In this document: positions 12,839-26,770 of the stretch, in pieces | Layout of the letters: each line of letters starts with the position of its first letter | Position numbering within the stretch: the stretch's first letter is position 1 | Source: Mobula hypostoma | Taxonomy: Eukaryota | Length of the DNA stretch: 64,000 bases | Direction: 5' to 3' | Assembly (NCBI RefSeq): GCF_963921235.1 | Contig: NC_086097.1 | Coordinates: 100,008,001 to 100,072,000, forward strand | Position numbers and translations under genes: made by a program | Notes under the pieces: model-generated | Told to the model about the DNA's origin: nothing | The model's database searches: none | Seen by the model: only the letters and a program-made list of their open reading frames with translations

Positions 12839-14528
12839 AGGACAGGGTTGCAATTGTTACGGTTTGGTTCAGGATTGGATATTGAAAGGTTAATTACTTT
12901 CCTGACACCTTACTTGCTTATTTTCATAGTATTCCTCATGAACTAAAAACGTGCTCACTAGAACATTCAAAAATCCTTTCTTCTGAAGTCTGTCTTGGTT
13001 CTTTTTGCTGTACTGTGCTGACTATTCAGCATTTCCTCTCTTCACATACAACGAACAGCACTTTTCTAAGTTAAACATCATTTGCCAGTCATAAGCCCAA
13101 TTTGCCAACAGTGCAAAGTTAGTGTGTAGTCGAGGATCATCCATGGTCACCCTACAGATTATACTCCATCAGTTACATCCAGATCCTCATCACAATGATT
13201 AACAGTTCAGTACTAAATCCTCCAACCCTCTGTCTCTTTCACCAATCAACTTCCCAGCTCTTTACTTCACCCCTTCCCCCTTTCCAGTTTCACCTATCAC
13301 CTTGTGTTTCTCTTGCCCCCCACCCCCAAACACTTTCTTACTCTGATTTCTCATCTTTTTTTACTCCAGTACTGATGAAGGGTCTCGGCCCAAAACATCG
13401 GCAGTACTTTCTTCCATTGATGCTGCCTGGCCTGCTGAGTTCCTCCAGCACTGTGTGCATCACTGGTCCTTTATCATCACTGTGTCCAAATCCTATTACC
13501 CTCGACCTACTCTTGCCAAATCCTATTACTCTTGTGAGAGGTCCTTAACTACACAAACTGCAGCATTCAAGACTGCAGTTCACCTTCAAAAGCAGATTGG
13601 GATGGGTAATAAATGTTAGCTCTCCCAATGACTTCCATATTCAATAAACAGAAGTTCTAAAAGTGACAGATAGGCTTGTACAGGCAGTCTCTAGTCTCCG
13701 TAATGTCTGATTACTGCAGAGAGGCAAAATGTAAAGGATTTTATTTTGAAATCTGTTTGTCCTTTGAATTAACTACGTAAGAGCTCTGTTCCTGAGAACT
13801 GTCTTTAGATCTACCTTTTGGTGAGTTAGTCAATTAACATGTACATTTATTGATTGTATTCCCCTCTGTAGTTACAGTGGTACAGAATCAGAAGTTCTTG
13901 CATCCAATTTTGATGTATTTGATGTATCAAGGGATGTTACATCGTTTAAGTATTTTAGAAGTGTTAATAAAAAAGATTTGCCATGCTAGTTTCCAAAACA
14001 AGCATCTTAATTGGTGTCCCACTGTGGCAGATACATTCTGTAACAAGCTCTATAAAAATTCTTTATAAATGTTTGGGAAATTTGCTGAAATTGGATTTCT
14101 GTAAGTCTTCTGTAACCCAGGGACCCTGTAGTTACATGAACGTGTAATTTTCTGCTTCTTTTTTTTTAAGAAAAGGAGCATTACTTCCTAACCTCTGCAC
14201 CACTCAAATGAATTAAACACATACCTGACTCTGTTAGAAATGTTTTCAGGAACTACACTTGATTCTTTCATCCCCTACAATGAATTAAAATGCCAAAGCA
14301 CGAAGAGATACGGTATGGGAAAACCCTGTATCAATAGGTGAAACATAAATACTTTTCAGGAAAAAGGCTAATCCAATCTCCAACTCTATTAGTACCATTT
14401 GAAACATTCGCGCAGGATGTCATTAGCTCCACTTAACAAGCAAAAGCACAAATAATTAGTACAGTGTTTTTTTTAAACACACTAATGAACTAGCATGCAA
14501 AAATAATAACTTCATTTCTCAAACTTAC

Positions 14529-14625
14529 TAAAATCATTCCAAAATTGCTTGTGCCGGAAGAATCTGAATTTTGAATCTTGAGTTTATTCCTTCTCATTCT
14601 ACTGGTCTTGAGTTCATGAACGTGC
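14529..14625 (-). CDS. DCAF4: DCAF4 coding exon 5 (R-HVHELKTSRMRRNKLKIQNSDSSGTSNFGMIL)
   Basis: ctacag| acceptor, |gtaagt donor; 97 nt; phase 2 to 0; resembles LAHELRLSCMERKKVQI...FNLIL. Confidence 0.9.
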
Positions 14626-15309
14626 CTGTAGATGGTGTTTTGTATTACATATATAGTGGGGAAAGGGAGAGAAGACGATGTGAGAAGAAATATGGATTAT
14701 TGTCCAACATCAATTATACAAAATTCTTGAGTGAACTTCCTCATATTAAGGATTCATCTCAAAAAAAATGCAATATATTTTATAGACTGCAGGAAGGATT
14801 TTGCCAGCACCAGGACAAAATATAGAGGATAATTGAAAAAAATAGCAGAATTGAGAGAACAGACTAGCAAAGAACAACAAGGAAACGCAAAGTTCCTTGT
14901 ACAACAATAAACAAAAAGAATGGTCAAAGGAGGTAGGGAACAGAAGGGCGAACAAGCAGTGGCAGAACATTTTATTACATCTCTAAATGAGTTTGGGATC
15001 TGTTTTGTTACATTTCCCAATCAAAATACTCTCAACTTTCCATTAACGCCTCCAATTCAAAAGTTATGAGCATCTTAAGATATGGTTAACTAAAAATGGT
15101 GAAATGCCTTTCTGAAACACAAGCACCTTTTTGGTTTATGAGAAAATTATATTTCTCTATTGAAAGGTCAAGTACAAATATTTTAGAAATACTGATTTTC
15201 CAATTAAGTTTTAAAATGCAGTGAAACAAAATATCAGCAAAATGCGAAGAATAAAGACAAACAGGTCAGTTCAGAGCTATCCACAACTTTATCCCACAAT
15301 GCCTTAATA

Positions 15310-15705
15310 TAACCATATAACAATTACAGCATGGAAACAGGCCATCTCGGCCCTTCTAGTCCGTGCCGAACTCTTACCCTATCCTAGTCCCACCAAACTG
15401 CACTCAGCCCATAACCCTCCATTCCTTGCCTGTCCATATATCCATCCAATTTAACTTTAAATGACAACATCGAACCTGCCTCAACCACTTCTGCTGGAAG
15501 CTCGTTCCACACAGCTACCACTCTCTGAGTAAAGAAGTTCCCCCTCATGTTATCCCTAAACTTTTGTCCTCTAACTCTCAACCCATGTCCTCTTGTTTGA
15601 ATCTTCCCCACTCTCAATGGAAAAAGTCTAACCACGTCAACTCTATCAATCCTCATCATAATTTTAAACACCTCTATCAAGTCCCCCCTCAATCTTCTAC
15701 GCTCC
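15310..15705 (-). mobile_element. CR1 3' fragment
   Basis: ERRRLRGDLIEVFKI...TRGH...FFTQRVV. Confidence 0.9.
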
Positions 15706-16307
15706 ATAATGCCTTCATTCTGACCATGATGTTTATTCTCTAGCCGTTGATTCCACCTGTCTCAAAAACAAAAAAATGTTGTAAATTTACAGGAGTGACC
15801 CTGAGCTTCTTATTTGAGCCACTTTAATTTGCAATCCCACTCCCATTGTTTTGTGTGGTCCCTCCTAATGTCAAAGTAAGGGAAAACGGGACTATTCCAT
15901 CGCCTTGCAGCAGGGGATACAGAAACCTGAAGTCCCATACCATCAAGTTCAAGATCAGCTACTCCTCTTCAACTATTTGGTTAATGAACCAACCTGCAGA
16001 AACCAAATCACTCCCTTATTACAGTAACACTACGGTCACTTTGCACTGCAATGGGATTTTTTTTGTTCCAATTCTGTACTTTCTTGTAAAAATTATCTTT
16101 AATTTACATTTATTTTTGTGAATGCTGATGTGCCTGTGACACTGCTACAAGTAAATTTTTCTTTACACTTGTGTACATGTCCCTGACTTTAACTGCATAC
16201 TAGAGGAACTGTATATTCAGTCTAGGTACTTTGCAACTTTCCAGAACGACCATTAAATACTCCAGGTAAACTGCTCTCTCATCATTACTCAATAACACAC
16301 TTATTTC

Positions 16308-17351
16308 CATAGTTCCCTCTAAGCTGTGAGCGTGTGCAGTGCACAAAAGAAATTAATGTGCGCACAAAAGGTTAGTTACCTAAAATAATTTAGTAATAAT
16401 TATACTTATTGAAAATAATCTTTTAGCTAACTGTTTCTGTTAACTAGTCAGTTTTTCATGTACCTCAATGCACGGCACTAATTTACATCACCTCACCTAT
16501 CCTGTTCTGTGGGATGATATTTGGAAACCTGACTTTTTGAAGCTTCATTTGGCAAGTAAATCGCATTTGGACGGTGTTCAAACACTCAGGCAACAGAACC
16601 CACCATTACTCGTTACAGGAGTGCTACACATGTTACAGTTGAGTGCAGATGAGCGACAGCGAAAACGATCAAACCCACAGGAGATCAAAGTTGAGGTACA
16701 AGAATGATCAGCTTCTGATTTCTCCGCAATTGCAGATAGTGACTTCACATTTGGCGATGAACAAGTTAATGCCTTATGTCTAAAGTATCATGATTTTCTA
16801 GCTGAAAATACTGTAATAATTAGACAGTTTAATGATTTCAAATTTTCCGTGCAAGAAAAAATTAAATCCAAACCGATTTCAAACTTTGCTCAAATGGTGG
16901 CATTTGTACTTCAAAATAAATAGTTTTGCAACCTTGCACAGTTGATGGACATTGGGGGAATCTTCCTTGTGTCTACTGCGGACTGTGAGCGAGGTTTTAG
17001 CCTAATGAATCAACTCAAAAACAAGCTGAGAAACCGTTTAGGTGAATGTCATTTGGATATGTTAATGAGAATCAAAATCTATCAATTGGATGGAAGTTCT
17101 ATTAGTCTAAATAGAGTTTACAAAGAATGGGTAAATGCCAAAGTCAGGAGAGAGAAAAAAAAAACTGAGTAACTTAAATATGTAAGTTATTTTGTTGTTA
17201 TTCTGTGCAGTTTTATGTCAAATATTTTGTAAACCTACATAAACTGTGCCATGTGTGCATTCAGTGGGCACACACTTTTGTCACAGGAAAAAAATTTGCA
17301 CAACATAATATTTTTGCACACACTGACTACTAAAAATTAGAGGGAACATTG
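16308..17351 (+). mobile_element. hAT DNA transposon, internal-deletion derivative
   Basis: 15-bp TIRs CATAGTTCCCTCTAA / TTAGAGGGAACATTG; 8-bp TSD CTTATTTC; C-terminal dimerisation motif STADCERGFSLMN...RNRL (16942-17172). Confidence 0.92.
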
Positions 17352-18075
17352 CTTATTTCCTCTTCTGACATTGCTTCTATAAGGTGCCTCCTTAGTGGTC
17401 AGTAGTTATATTTCTTGTTATCTGATCTGTCTTAATAATCCTTCATCTGGTCTTTTGTCATACACCTCACATACATACATGCTTTGAAACTGTAAAACAC
17501 CCAACTCTTCTACCAGTCCTGAAACAGGGTCCCTGACCCGAACAGTTAACTGATTTCTCTTTCCGCACAATCTCCTTGCCTGGCAGAGTACTGCCAACAT
17601 TTCTTCTCTTTGTTTCATATTCTAGCATCATTGATCTATATAATTTCCTGACACACTCCATTGCTTTCATCTGTTAAGACATAAAGCTGCAGAAATACTC
17701 CCTGAATCCCTGAAATAAAAGCACTCCATAAAACAGAAAGCTCTGGCCAAGGTTGTAGTCGTCTTCCTCAAAAGCTCAGTGTGGTTCTATGTCAAATTCC
17801 TGTGAAGCACCTTACACAAAATCAAACTGGTTTAATATTTAGTTACCCACTGTACAATTAAAACAATAATAAGAGATTCAGGACACGCAAGAGAGAACAG
17901 GTTACAGGAAAATTGGGCTGTTTGGATTGCTACAAGAGATAGCATAGTTTCAGTGGGTTGAATGGCCTCTTTCTCCTGTATGAAAATATAAAATGAATAA
18001 AATGAAATACAGAGAGGGTAAGAGGAAAGAGGGACAGAGTGAAGTAGGACTGCAATAAAATTATAACTTACTCAC

Positions 18076-18158
18076 CGATGATATGATTGCAAGTTCATTA
18101 ATCCACAATGTCTTTTGCAGAATAGCGAAATAAAGTCCATACCCATTCGGGTGACCCT
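18076..18158 (-). CDS. DCAF4: DCAF4 coding exon 4 (RVTRMGMDFISLFCKRHCGLMNLQSYH), H-box region
   Basis: aaatag| acceptor, |gtgagt donor; 83 nt; phase 0 to 2; aligns by eye to human [27 protein letters not shown]. Confidence 0.9.
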
Positions 18159-18425
18159 CTATTTGAAATAAATTAGCAGTCTCAAAAACCTCGGCTGTCA
18201 TACTCAAGATTTTAAATGCATACAAAAGGCAAGTTAGTAAATATATAGCATTGAGCCTAATTCAGGTATACGGGAAGCACAGACCTTCCCACTAAAATAC
18301 AACTACTGTAGTAACTTGGAGAATATGAAAAAACAATGAGGGTAAAGGCCAAACTTATACATCACAATTCCACGGTGCCAAATAATCCATTTGTAAAACT
18401 ACATTTTCATGCAGATAAGGATTAC

Positions 18426-18580
18426 CGTATTACTAGCATCTTCTGCCAACATCTTCAGTCGCTTTTCTTCCATTTCCTTTTGGTTAATTGCCTCCCAAGT
18501 AAGAGGGTTACAGTTGTTATGTCCAGGTAATAGCCTAAAATACCTGTTCTTTTCTCGGTCATAGTAAAATCCAGGCAGCT
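18426..18580 (-). CDS. DCAF4: DCAF4 coding exon 3 (ELPGFYYDREKNRYFRLLPGHNNCNPLT...ASNT)
   Basis: Diagnostic DCAF4 motif LPGFYxDxEKxRYFRLLPGHNNCNPLT; tatctag| acceptor, |gtaatc donor; 155 nt. Confidence 0.96.
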
Positions 18581-18666
18581 CTAGATACACAAAAGAAGGA
18601 CATTATGCTCATTACACAAAGACACACACCACTCCTCTAAAACCGTACAGCTTATGCAGAAGTTAT

Positions 18667-18917
18667 GTTGGCGCATGGCCAAGCGGCTAAGGCGTTCGTC
18701 TCGTGATTTGAAGGTCGCTAGTTCGAGCCTTGGCTGAGGCAGCATGCTGTGTCCTTGAGACGACACTGGTGCCAAGCTGTATGGGTCCTAATGCCCTTCC
18801 CTTAGATGACATCGGTGGCGTGGAGAGGGGAGACTTGCAGCATGGGCAACCGCTGGTCTTCCATACAACCTTGCCCAGGCCTGCGCCCTGGTCTCATGAG
18901 ACTAATGGATGCCTACA
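18667..18917 (+). mobile_element. tRNA-derived SINE with 14-nt TSD
   Basis: A box TGGCCAAGCGG, B box AGTTCGAGCC; TSD TATGCAGAAGTTAT at 18653-18666 and 18918-18931; same family as 46856-47180. Confidence 0.85.
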
Positions 18918-19409
18918 TATGCAGAAGTTATAACCACTGGCACCAACCAGCTGCTGTAATCAGAGCTTCAGCACTTCAGTTGACATGCCTGCCCAAGCCC
19001 ATGCTGACTTCCAATGGATGTATGGATTGTCTAAGATGCAGGCTCAGTGCTCAGTATCAATTCTGGCTGCACTGACACAAGTCAGCACACCTGGAGAACA
19101 GGGAGCGTGACTTGGTCCTGGGCAGCATACATGAAAAATCTATTTGATAAGCAAACAGATGTTAAATCCTTTGTTCTGAATGAAAGATTTCATGGAAGAT
19201 GACAAATAAAAAAAAGTTGCTAAAAGGTTATACATCAGGAATAGCTGTCCATTTCAATAATTGTAATTAAAAACAGTGATCACTTAGTGGTGTGGAAAGC
19301 TAGAATGGAGAAAGCAAAGAGAAAAAGAGAATCTTGAAAATGCAGAACCACTGCTGCTACAGTTATTCACCTGTGTGAAAGAAGCTTTCGAACTGAGATG
19401 GTATACCCA

Positions 19410-20282
19410 TTACAGGCCCTTTGGCCCACAATGTTGTGTCGACTATGTACAGTAACCTACTCTAGAAACTGCCTAGAATTACCCTATCACATAGCCCTCT
19501 ATTTTTCTGAGCTCCATGTACCTATCTAAGAGTCCCTTAAAAGACCCTATTGTATCCGCCTCCACCACCGCTGCTGGCAGTGCATTTCCACCCACCCATC
19601 ACTCTGTGTGAAAAACTTATCTCTGACATCCCCTCAGTACCTACTTCCAAGCACCTTAAAATTATGCCCCTTGTGTTAGCCATTTCAGCCCTGAGGAAAA
19701 AGCCTCTGACTATCCACACAATCAATGCCTATCATCTTATAGACCTCTATCAGGTCATCTCTCATCCTCCATCGCTCCAGGGAAAAAAAGCCGAGTTCAC
19801 TCAACCTATTCTCATAAGGCATGCTCCCCAATCCAGGCAACATCCATGTAAATCTCCTCTGCACCCTTTCTATGGTTTCCACATCCTTCCTGTAGTGAGG
19901 CGACCAGAAATGAGCACAGTACTCCAAGTGGGGTCTGACCAGAGTCCTATATAGCTGCAACATTACCTCTCGGCTCCTAAACTCAATCCCATGATTGGTA
20001 AATGCCAACACACTATACGCCTTCTGAATGACACTGTCAACCTGTGCAGCAGCTTTGAGTGTCCTATGGGCATGGGCACTCTGTTCCCCCACACTCCCAA
20101 GAGTCTTACCATTAATACTATATTCTGACTTCAAATTTGTCCTACCAAAATGAAACACCTCACACTTATCCGGATTGAACTCCATCTGCCACTTCTCAGT
20201 CCAGTTCTGCATCCTATCAATGTCCCTCTGTAACCTCTGACAGCCCTCCACACTATGCACACCTCCAACATTTTTGTCATCT
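19410..20282 (-). mobile_element. CR1 3' fragment
   Basis: WQMEFNPDKC, LVRPHLEYC, RRFT motifs. Confidence 0.9.
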
Positions 20283-21438
20283 TGAGAACGAAACAAACAA
20301 TATTGATTAATGAGGAATACAGCAGGACTACGACATTGCTGGGTGGCCCTCAACAGAGAAGATGACCATGCTGCTGGATCTGACATACTTGTGGTCAGAT
20401 GCAGCAAAAGTGACAGATTTTTCTTGTATGCATCACTGGACACCAGCACAGAACTCCAGCTGCTAGACCACGATACTGCTGTACCCACAACCTCCTACCA
20501 AACTCACAGACAAGAGAAGCGCTATTTCCAAAGCCAGCATGACCTTTTGCAATGACATCACTTCCAATTCCTTCTCAATCCTGCCGCAGGCAACCTAACA
20601 AAATCTAAAGACATCTCACGGGGAGAAACCCACAAATTTCTGACCTGGAGTTTGAAAGATCAAGCTGTGGCCCCTAAATGAACTCAGCTGTGGTAAACAT
20701 TTCTGGATGGTGTGTGGGAGAACATGATTAGTGAGTTGACTTAAATGGATAGGTCAAAGTAATCAGTTACACTTCATAAACTTGCTGAGTGAATGATTGC
20801 GTGCTGGAGGGAAAAGATCTATCAATATCCATAACCTGCTTGAGCACAATCTGCCCGAAACAAGAAACAGATTGGAAGACCACAGGCCTGTGGTCAAATG
20901 ATATTTGGAATTTCTGTGTTAATTACTACAATCTAGCAAGAATGCAAGTGCACGAGTAGAAATCGCACCAAAATTATTCCCTTCCTGATATATTTATGTT
21001 TTAATTTTGAAGGGAAGAGAAATGAGAATTTATTGGTTAGTACAACGGGCATTCTCCAAAATGATGTATTTTGTAAGTTTTACATGTTTTGTATTATTTT
21101 TAAATAAAAAGATTTTCTCATGGATTAATCTCTACTGGAGATGGTTATTTATATTTCCAAAATAGACTAATAGAGAGTAGTGATTGAAACAACAAGGACA
21201 GGGGTAAGATATTGAAGAATTTGGAGAGTCCCAAGAGCAAAAGAATTATATACTGGAATTCCAAAAGAAAAATGGGGTATGTGGAACTATGCAACATGTC
21301 AGGCAGCTCTGGGTGTCAAGATCTCTGAGGATCTAACCTAGTCCCAACATATCGATGCAATTATAAAGAAGGCAAGACAGTGGCTATACTTTATTAGGAA
21401 TTTGAAGAGATTTGGTATGTCAAGAAATACACTCAAAA

Positions 21439-22290
21439 GTTCTACTTTAACTTCATCAGTCCACAGGACTTGTTTCCAAAATGCATCAGGCTTGTTTAGA
21501 TGTTCCTTTGAACCTTTTGAATAGAACTTTTTGGCTGCAATGAGCAAAGGTATGTTTGGAGAAAAAAGGGTGCAGAATTTCATGAAAAGAACCCCTCTCC
21601 AACTGTTAAGTACAGGGGTGGATTGATCATGCTTTGGGCTTGTGTTGCAGCTAGTGGAATGGGGAACATTTACTGGTAGAGGGAAGAATTAATTCAATTA
21701 AATACCAGCAAATTCTGGAAGCAAACATCACACCATCTGTAAAAAAGCTGAAGATGAAAATAGGATGGCTTCTACAACAGGATAATGAACCTAAACACAC
21801 CTCAAAATCCACAATGGACTACCTCAAGAGGCGCAAGCTGAAGGTTTTTCCATGGCCCTCACAGTCCCCTAACCTAAACATCGAGAATCTGTGGATAGAC
21901 CTTAAAAGAGCAGTGCATGCAAGACAGCCCAAGAATCTTACAGAACTAGAAGCCTTTTGCAAGGAAAAATGGGCAAAAATCCCCCAAACAAGAATTGAAG
22001 GACTCTTAGCTGGCTCTCGAAAGCGTTTACAAGCTGTAATACTTGCCAAAGGGGGTGTTACTAAGTACTGCCATGCAGGGTGCCCAAACTTTTGTTTCGG
22101 ATCCTTTACCTTTTTTGTTATTTTAAAACTGTAAAAGATGGAAATAAAAAAGTTTTCTTGCTTAAAATATTAAAGAAATGTGTCATCTTTAACTTTATGC
22201 CTTTTGGAAATCAGTTCATCTTTTACTCGCTTAGCTAACCACAGTAACAGAAATTTTGACCAGGGGTGCCCAAACTTCTGCACGCCACTG
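21439..22290 (+). mobile_element. Tc1/mariner fragment (C-terminal transposase plus right TIR; first ~80 nt inverted)
   Basis: QQDNEPKHTS, WPSQSPNLNIENLW; ends CACTG|TA; minus-strand VLWTDE piece at 21439-21515. Confidence 0.88.
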
Positions 22291-22292
22291 TA

Positions 22293-22830
22293 TGTATACT
22301 GAATAGATTAAAAATCATGCAAAAAACAGAAATACCTTATATTTAAAAAAAGTGAGGTAGAGTCCAAGGGTTCAATGTCCATTTAGAAATTGGATGGCAG
22401 AGGGGAAGAAGCTGTTCCTGAATCGCTGAGTGTGTGCCTTTAGGCTTCTGTACCTCCTACCTGATGGTAACAGTGAGAAAAGGGCATGCCCTCGGTGCTG
22501 GAAGTCCTTAATAATGGATGCTGCCTTTCTGAGACACCGCTCCTTGAAGAGGTCCTGGGTAATTTGTATTACCCAAGATGGAGTTGACTAAATTTACAAC
22601 CTTCTGCAGCTTCTTTCGGTCCTGTGCAGTATCCCCTCCATACCAGACAGTGATGCAGCCTGTCAGAATGCTCTCCACAGTACATTTATAGAAGTTTTTG
22701 AGTGTATTTGTTGACATGCCAAATCTCTTCAAACTCCTAATAGAGTATAGCCACTGCCTTGTTGCCTTCTTTATAATTGCATCGATATGTTGGGACCAGG
22801 TTAGATCATCAGAGAACTTGACACCCAGAG
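22293..22830 (-). mobile_element. Rex1/Babar-type LINE 3' fragment
   Basis: LKNFYKCTVESILTGCITVWYG. Confidence 0.85.
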
Positions 22831-25800
22831 ATTTTGATACTGTAGCATCACTGAACTCACTTCAGTGAGCCCCTGAGACAGACATGGGACCTTGCTAGCT
22901 ATCAGACACATTCAGAACAGAGACTGCCTCATGCTCCTGAAGCCAGCCAGCCATATCAGAACACAGCCATCTAGGTAGTGTGAGAACACTGCAGCAATCA
23001 GCTCAAGCAATTTGCCTGTCATCCAAAAATCTGGCCCCGAGGAATAGTCTCAATGAAATCTGTATGAGGAATGTCAACAAAGGAGAATGCAGAGCATTAG
23101 TGAACAAGGCAGGCAGGGTGGATAAAATTCAGACCAAGCAAAATGTAAAATAGCCCACAAGCAAAATGCTGCAGATGTAAATCTGAAATAAAAACAAAAA
23201 TACAGGACAGTCTGGAGGTAACATTGCTAGGAAGCAAGCAAACACTGCACTTTCCAGCTACTCAGACGAATATGTTACTGCAGTTGTAAGTGACCTCAGT
23301 AGGAGTGTAGAAAGCCAAGTTAGCTGATGACAAAGATAGTTTGACCGGGAAAGCAGTGTATTCAGAATACATTGAATTAATCTGCAAAATTTTGATAAGT
23401 GATTTCAACAAAAGACAATGTAATCATCTAAGATAAAGGATGGAACAGAGTGCTTTCTAAATAGTGAGAAGCTAAAAGTAGTGGAGATCCAAACAGATTT
23501 GAAGAAGGGCAGATACATGCAAACAGACCATTAAAATGTCACAATTGCGAACAATGATGATTGGAAAGGTCAATGAAATTCTGATCTTTAAGGAGTTGAG
23601 AACAGGAATAATCAAATTAAACTGAACAAAAGACTGCATGAAGCTCTGTTTAGACCACATCTGGAGTACTGTAATCAGTTCTGGGCACCAGACCTTAGTA
23701 TGGATACGTCAGCATTGCAGAGACAACAGTACAGACTCACCAGATTGAAACCAGCATTTGATAAGTTAAAAGCAGAAATTACAGAAGACTAGATTATATT
23801 CCTTTGTATTTTGTAAGATATTTTTATTGCAGTTTACACCACCAGATGTACTGATTGTATAGACAGAGGGAAGATAGTCCTGTTAAATAGGCACAATTTA
23901 AAAAGAGAGCAGGTTGCTCAGACATGAAGTTAGGAGAACATTTCTTCATCTGGATAGCAGCTAGTGTGGGGGCAATTGTTAATTTGTAACCCAGTGCTTT
24001 TGATAACTATTACTGAGTGAGAATGATGGATGACTGCATGGAATACAGCCATGGTCTTGCTGAACAGTAGAATAAACTTGAGGAATTAAATGACCTACAC
24101 TGAAATGTCAAAGAGAAGTTAGTGCACACTTCGCTCTCAAAAAACAAATCACAGCCAGAAAGCAATCAATATCTTTAGAGGATAAGGTCAATTGAATAAC
24201 ATACATAAAGATTAGTTTTATGTCACATTTACATCAAAGCATACAGTGAAATGCGTTATTTGTGTCAATGGCCAAACAGTCCTAGGATGTGCTGGGGGCA
24301 GTTTGCAAGTGTCGCCATGCTTTTAGCATCAACATAGTGTGCCCTCAGCTTACTGACCCTCACTGACGCTTACTGACCCTCACTAGTCTGTAGGTCTTTG
24401 CAGTGGGAGGAAACTGGCATACCCAGAGGAAACCCACGTGGTCACACAGAGAATGTACACACTCCTTATAGACAGCGGCAGGAAATGAAGCCCATCTTCC
24501 CATCACTGGTGCTGTAAAGTGCTATGCTAACATGCTGCTGTTCAATATGTTAACAATGACATGAAGTTCTTTAAAGGAGTTTGCTAACAATGCAAGTTCA
24601 AATTTTGTGCAGTTTTAAGAAGCTGAGATAACCATACCGAAGGCCAACACATCGATTTTAATGTATATTCAGTTCCATCCATGAAAAGTCACTGTTTAAA
24701 CTGAATAGTCCAAAAATGGTAGCACAATGTGCCAGAGTGTATTTTGCAAATGGAGCTCAACAGTGATGTAAAGACACTTTACAGAAAGATTCCGGATCAG
24801 ATTTACCAGCTCCTTGTCTATACAGGGGTGCTAGTCACAATAAAAATCCTATTATGCTTATTCACTTAGGAATAAAATGGTTGGAAGAAAAACTTGAACG
24901 AAATCTTTACAGTTAACAACTGATTGCTTGGTGAATTGGAGTCAGAATCAGAATCACCAGATGGATTAGGGTCACGTGAACATGAAGGCATTGCTTTGAA
25001 GCTCTCTCTCTCAATTGTCTGAAGTCCATACATACATATTTTTCAATTGTAGGTAGAAGAAAAGGATTAGTTCTCATACATTATAGGGTCCAACAAACTT
25101 AGCTCTAACTAGGATGGAAGCCAGGACATTCTGATCTGAAATATTCCACATGACATCAACTTGAGCAAAGTATTCATGTAACATGAACCATGTTAAGTTA
25201 TCCACTAAGTTGCCAAATGCATGTCATAGAATAGCATGACAGGAATTCAGTGTTCAAAGTACATTTATTATCAAAACATGTATGCAGTATACAACGCTGA
25301 GATCCATCTTCTCTACAGATAACCACAAAACAAAGAAAACCATGGAACCCGTTCAAAGAGAAATGTCTGAATGGGAGACCAGCAGCTTTCATATTTAAAA
25401 GGGTTTAAAAGGATCTTACCATGGTGTGCTTTTGATGAGCAATAATTTACTACAATGGTGTGATCACAACTAGTGAGACTGTAGAACATAAATTCACAGT
25501 TGTTACTATCTAGCCAGGAATGAAAGCCATCGCCGTGAAGTAATAAACTTTCAAACTGAATCTTGAATTTATACAGCAACATATCCATTCCTTTTATCAA
25601 TTCATCTTTGGCTGTAGACCTTGTTGGCACCACCAGTATTTATTGCCTTCCCTATTTGCCCTTGAGAAAGTGGTGACAGGCGCAGACCTTAGGGTCACAG
25701 AGTGATGTCGCACAGAAATGGGTCCCTTAGCCCAACAGGACTACACTGACAATCAAACACCTATTTACAGTTAATCCCATTTCATTCTTCCCACTTTCTT

Positions 25801-26770
25801 CTCAATCATTCTAAATTTTACCACTCACCCACACACTAGCGGCAATTTACAGCTACCAAGTAACCTACCAAACTGCATGTTTTTAAGGAGCTGAGAGAAA
25901 ACCACAGCACCTCGATGCAGTCCTAGGGAGAACTTGCAAACTCCACACGGACAACACCCAAGGTCAGGACTGGAGCTGTGAGAGCAGCTCTACAAGCTGT
26001 GCCATCTGGTGAATGTGCTCCCACTGTACTGCCGATGTGGAGTTCTAGGATTTAAATTTAACGACAATGAAGGACTGTTGATAAATTTCCAAATTAGGAT
26101 GGTATTTGACTTGGAGAACCTGCAGGTGGGACAGCTGTTTGATTGTCAGTGTACTCCTGTTGGGCTGAGGGGCCTGTTTCTGCGCTGTGTCACCCTGTGA
26201 CTCGAAGGTCTGTGTCAGATGGTGCTGCCGTGTGGCTGCTCCCCTTGACATTCTTGGTAGCTGTGCTCATAGTTCGAAAGAATCTGTCAGAAATGATGTA
26301 ACAATCCTCAGACTGGTCTCAAATTAGCAGTTATGGTTTCCTATGTATCACACTAACATTCTTGTTGGCATCGTATCAATGGATAAGCCAAATGAAGATT
26401 CTCTATTTTACAGGAAAAACAGATGTCTGATTTCAACAAATCCTAACTCACCATGTCTAGAATAAAATCCTTAACTTGTACAATGTACTGTATTATAGAC
26501 TTTTCTTGTAATTCAAAGTTATGCAATATTAATTATCAGAAATTTCATTGTTTTGTCAGCTAATTCCCACAAATGGAAAGTCAGGCAGCATCTGTGTAAA
26601 GATAAATAGTTTCAGATCTGAGACTCATCAGAACTGGGATTATTTTCAATTTCCATTTGAGTTACTTAACATAAATACTCAGACAGTTCAAAATTTTAAT
26701 GCAGTTAAAACCAAGTCTTGGAAACTTCAGGAATGAATGGTACACTAAATGCTGTCAAAGTAATACTTGC

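Noticed and set aside
18667..18745. tRNA gene
   Set aside because: A and B boxes continue into a SINE body with a TSD and a paralog at 46856-47180; no clean cloverleaf
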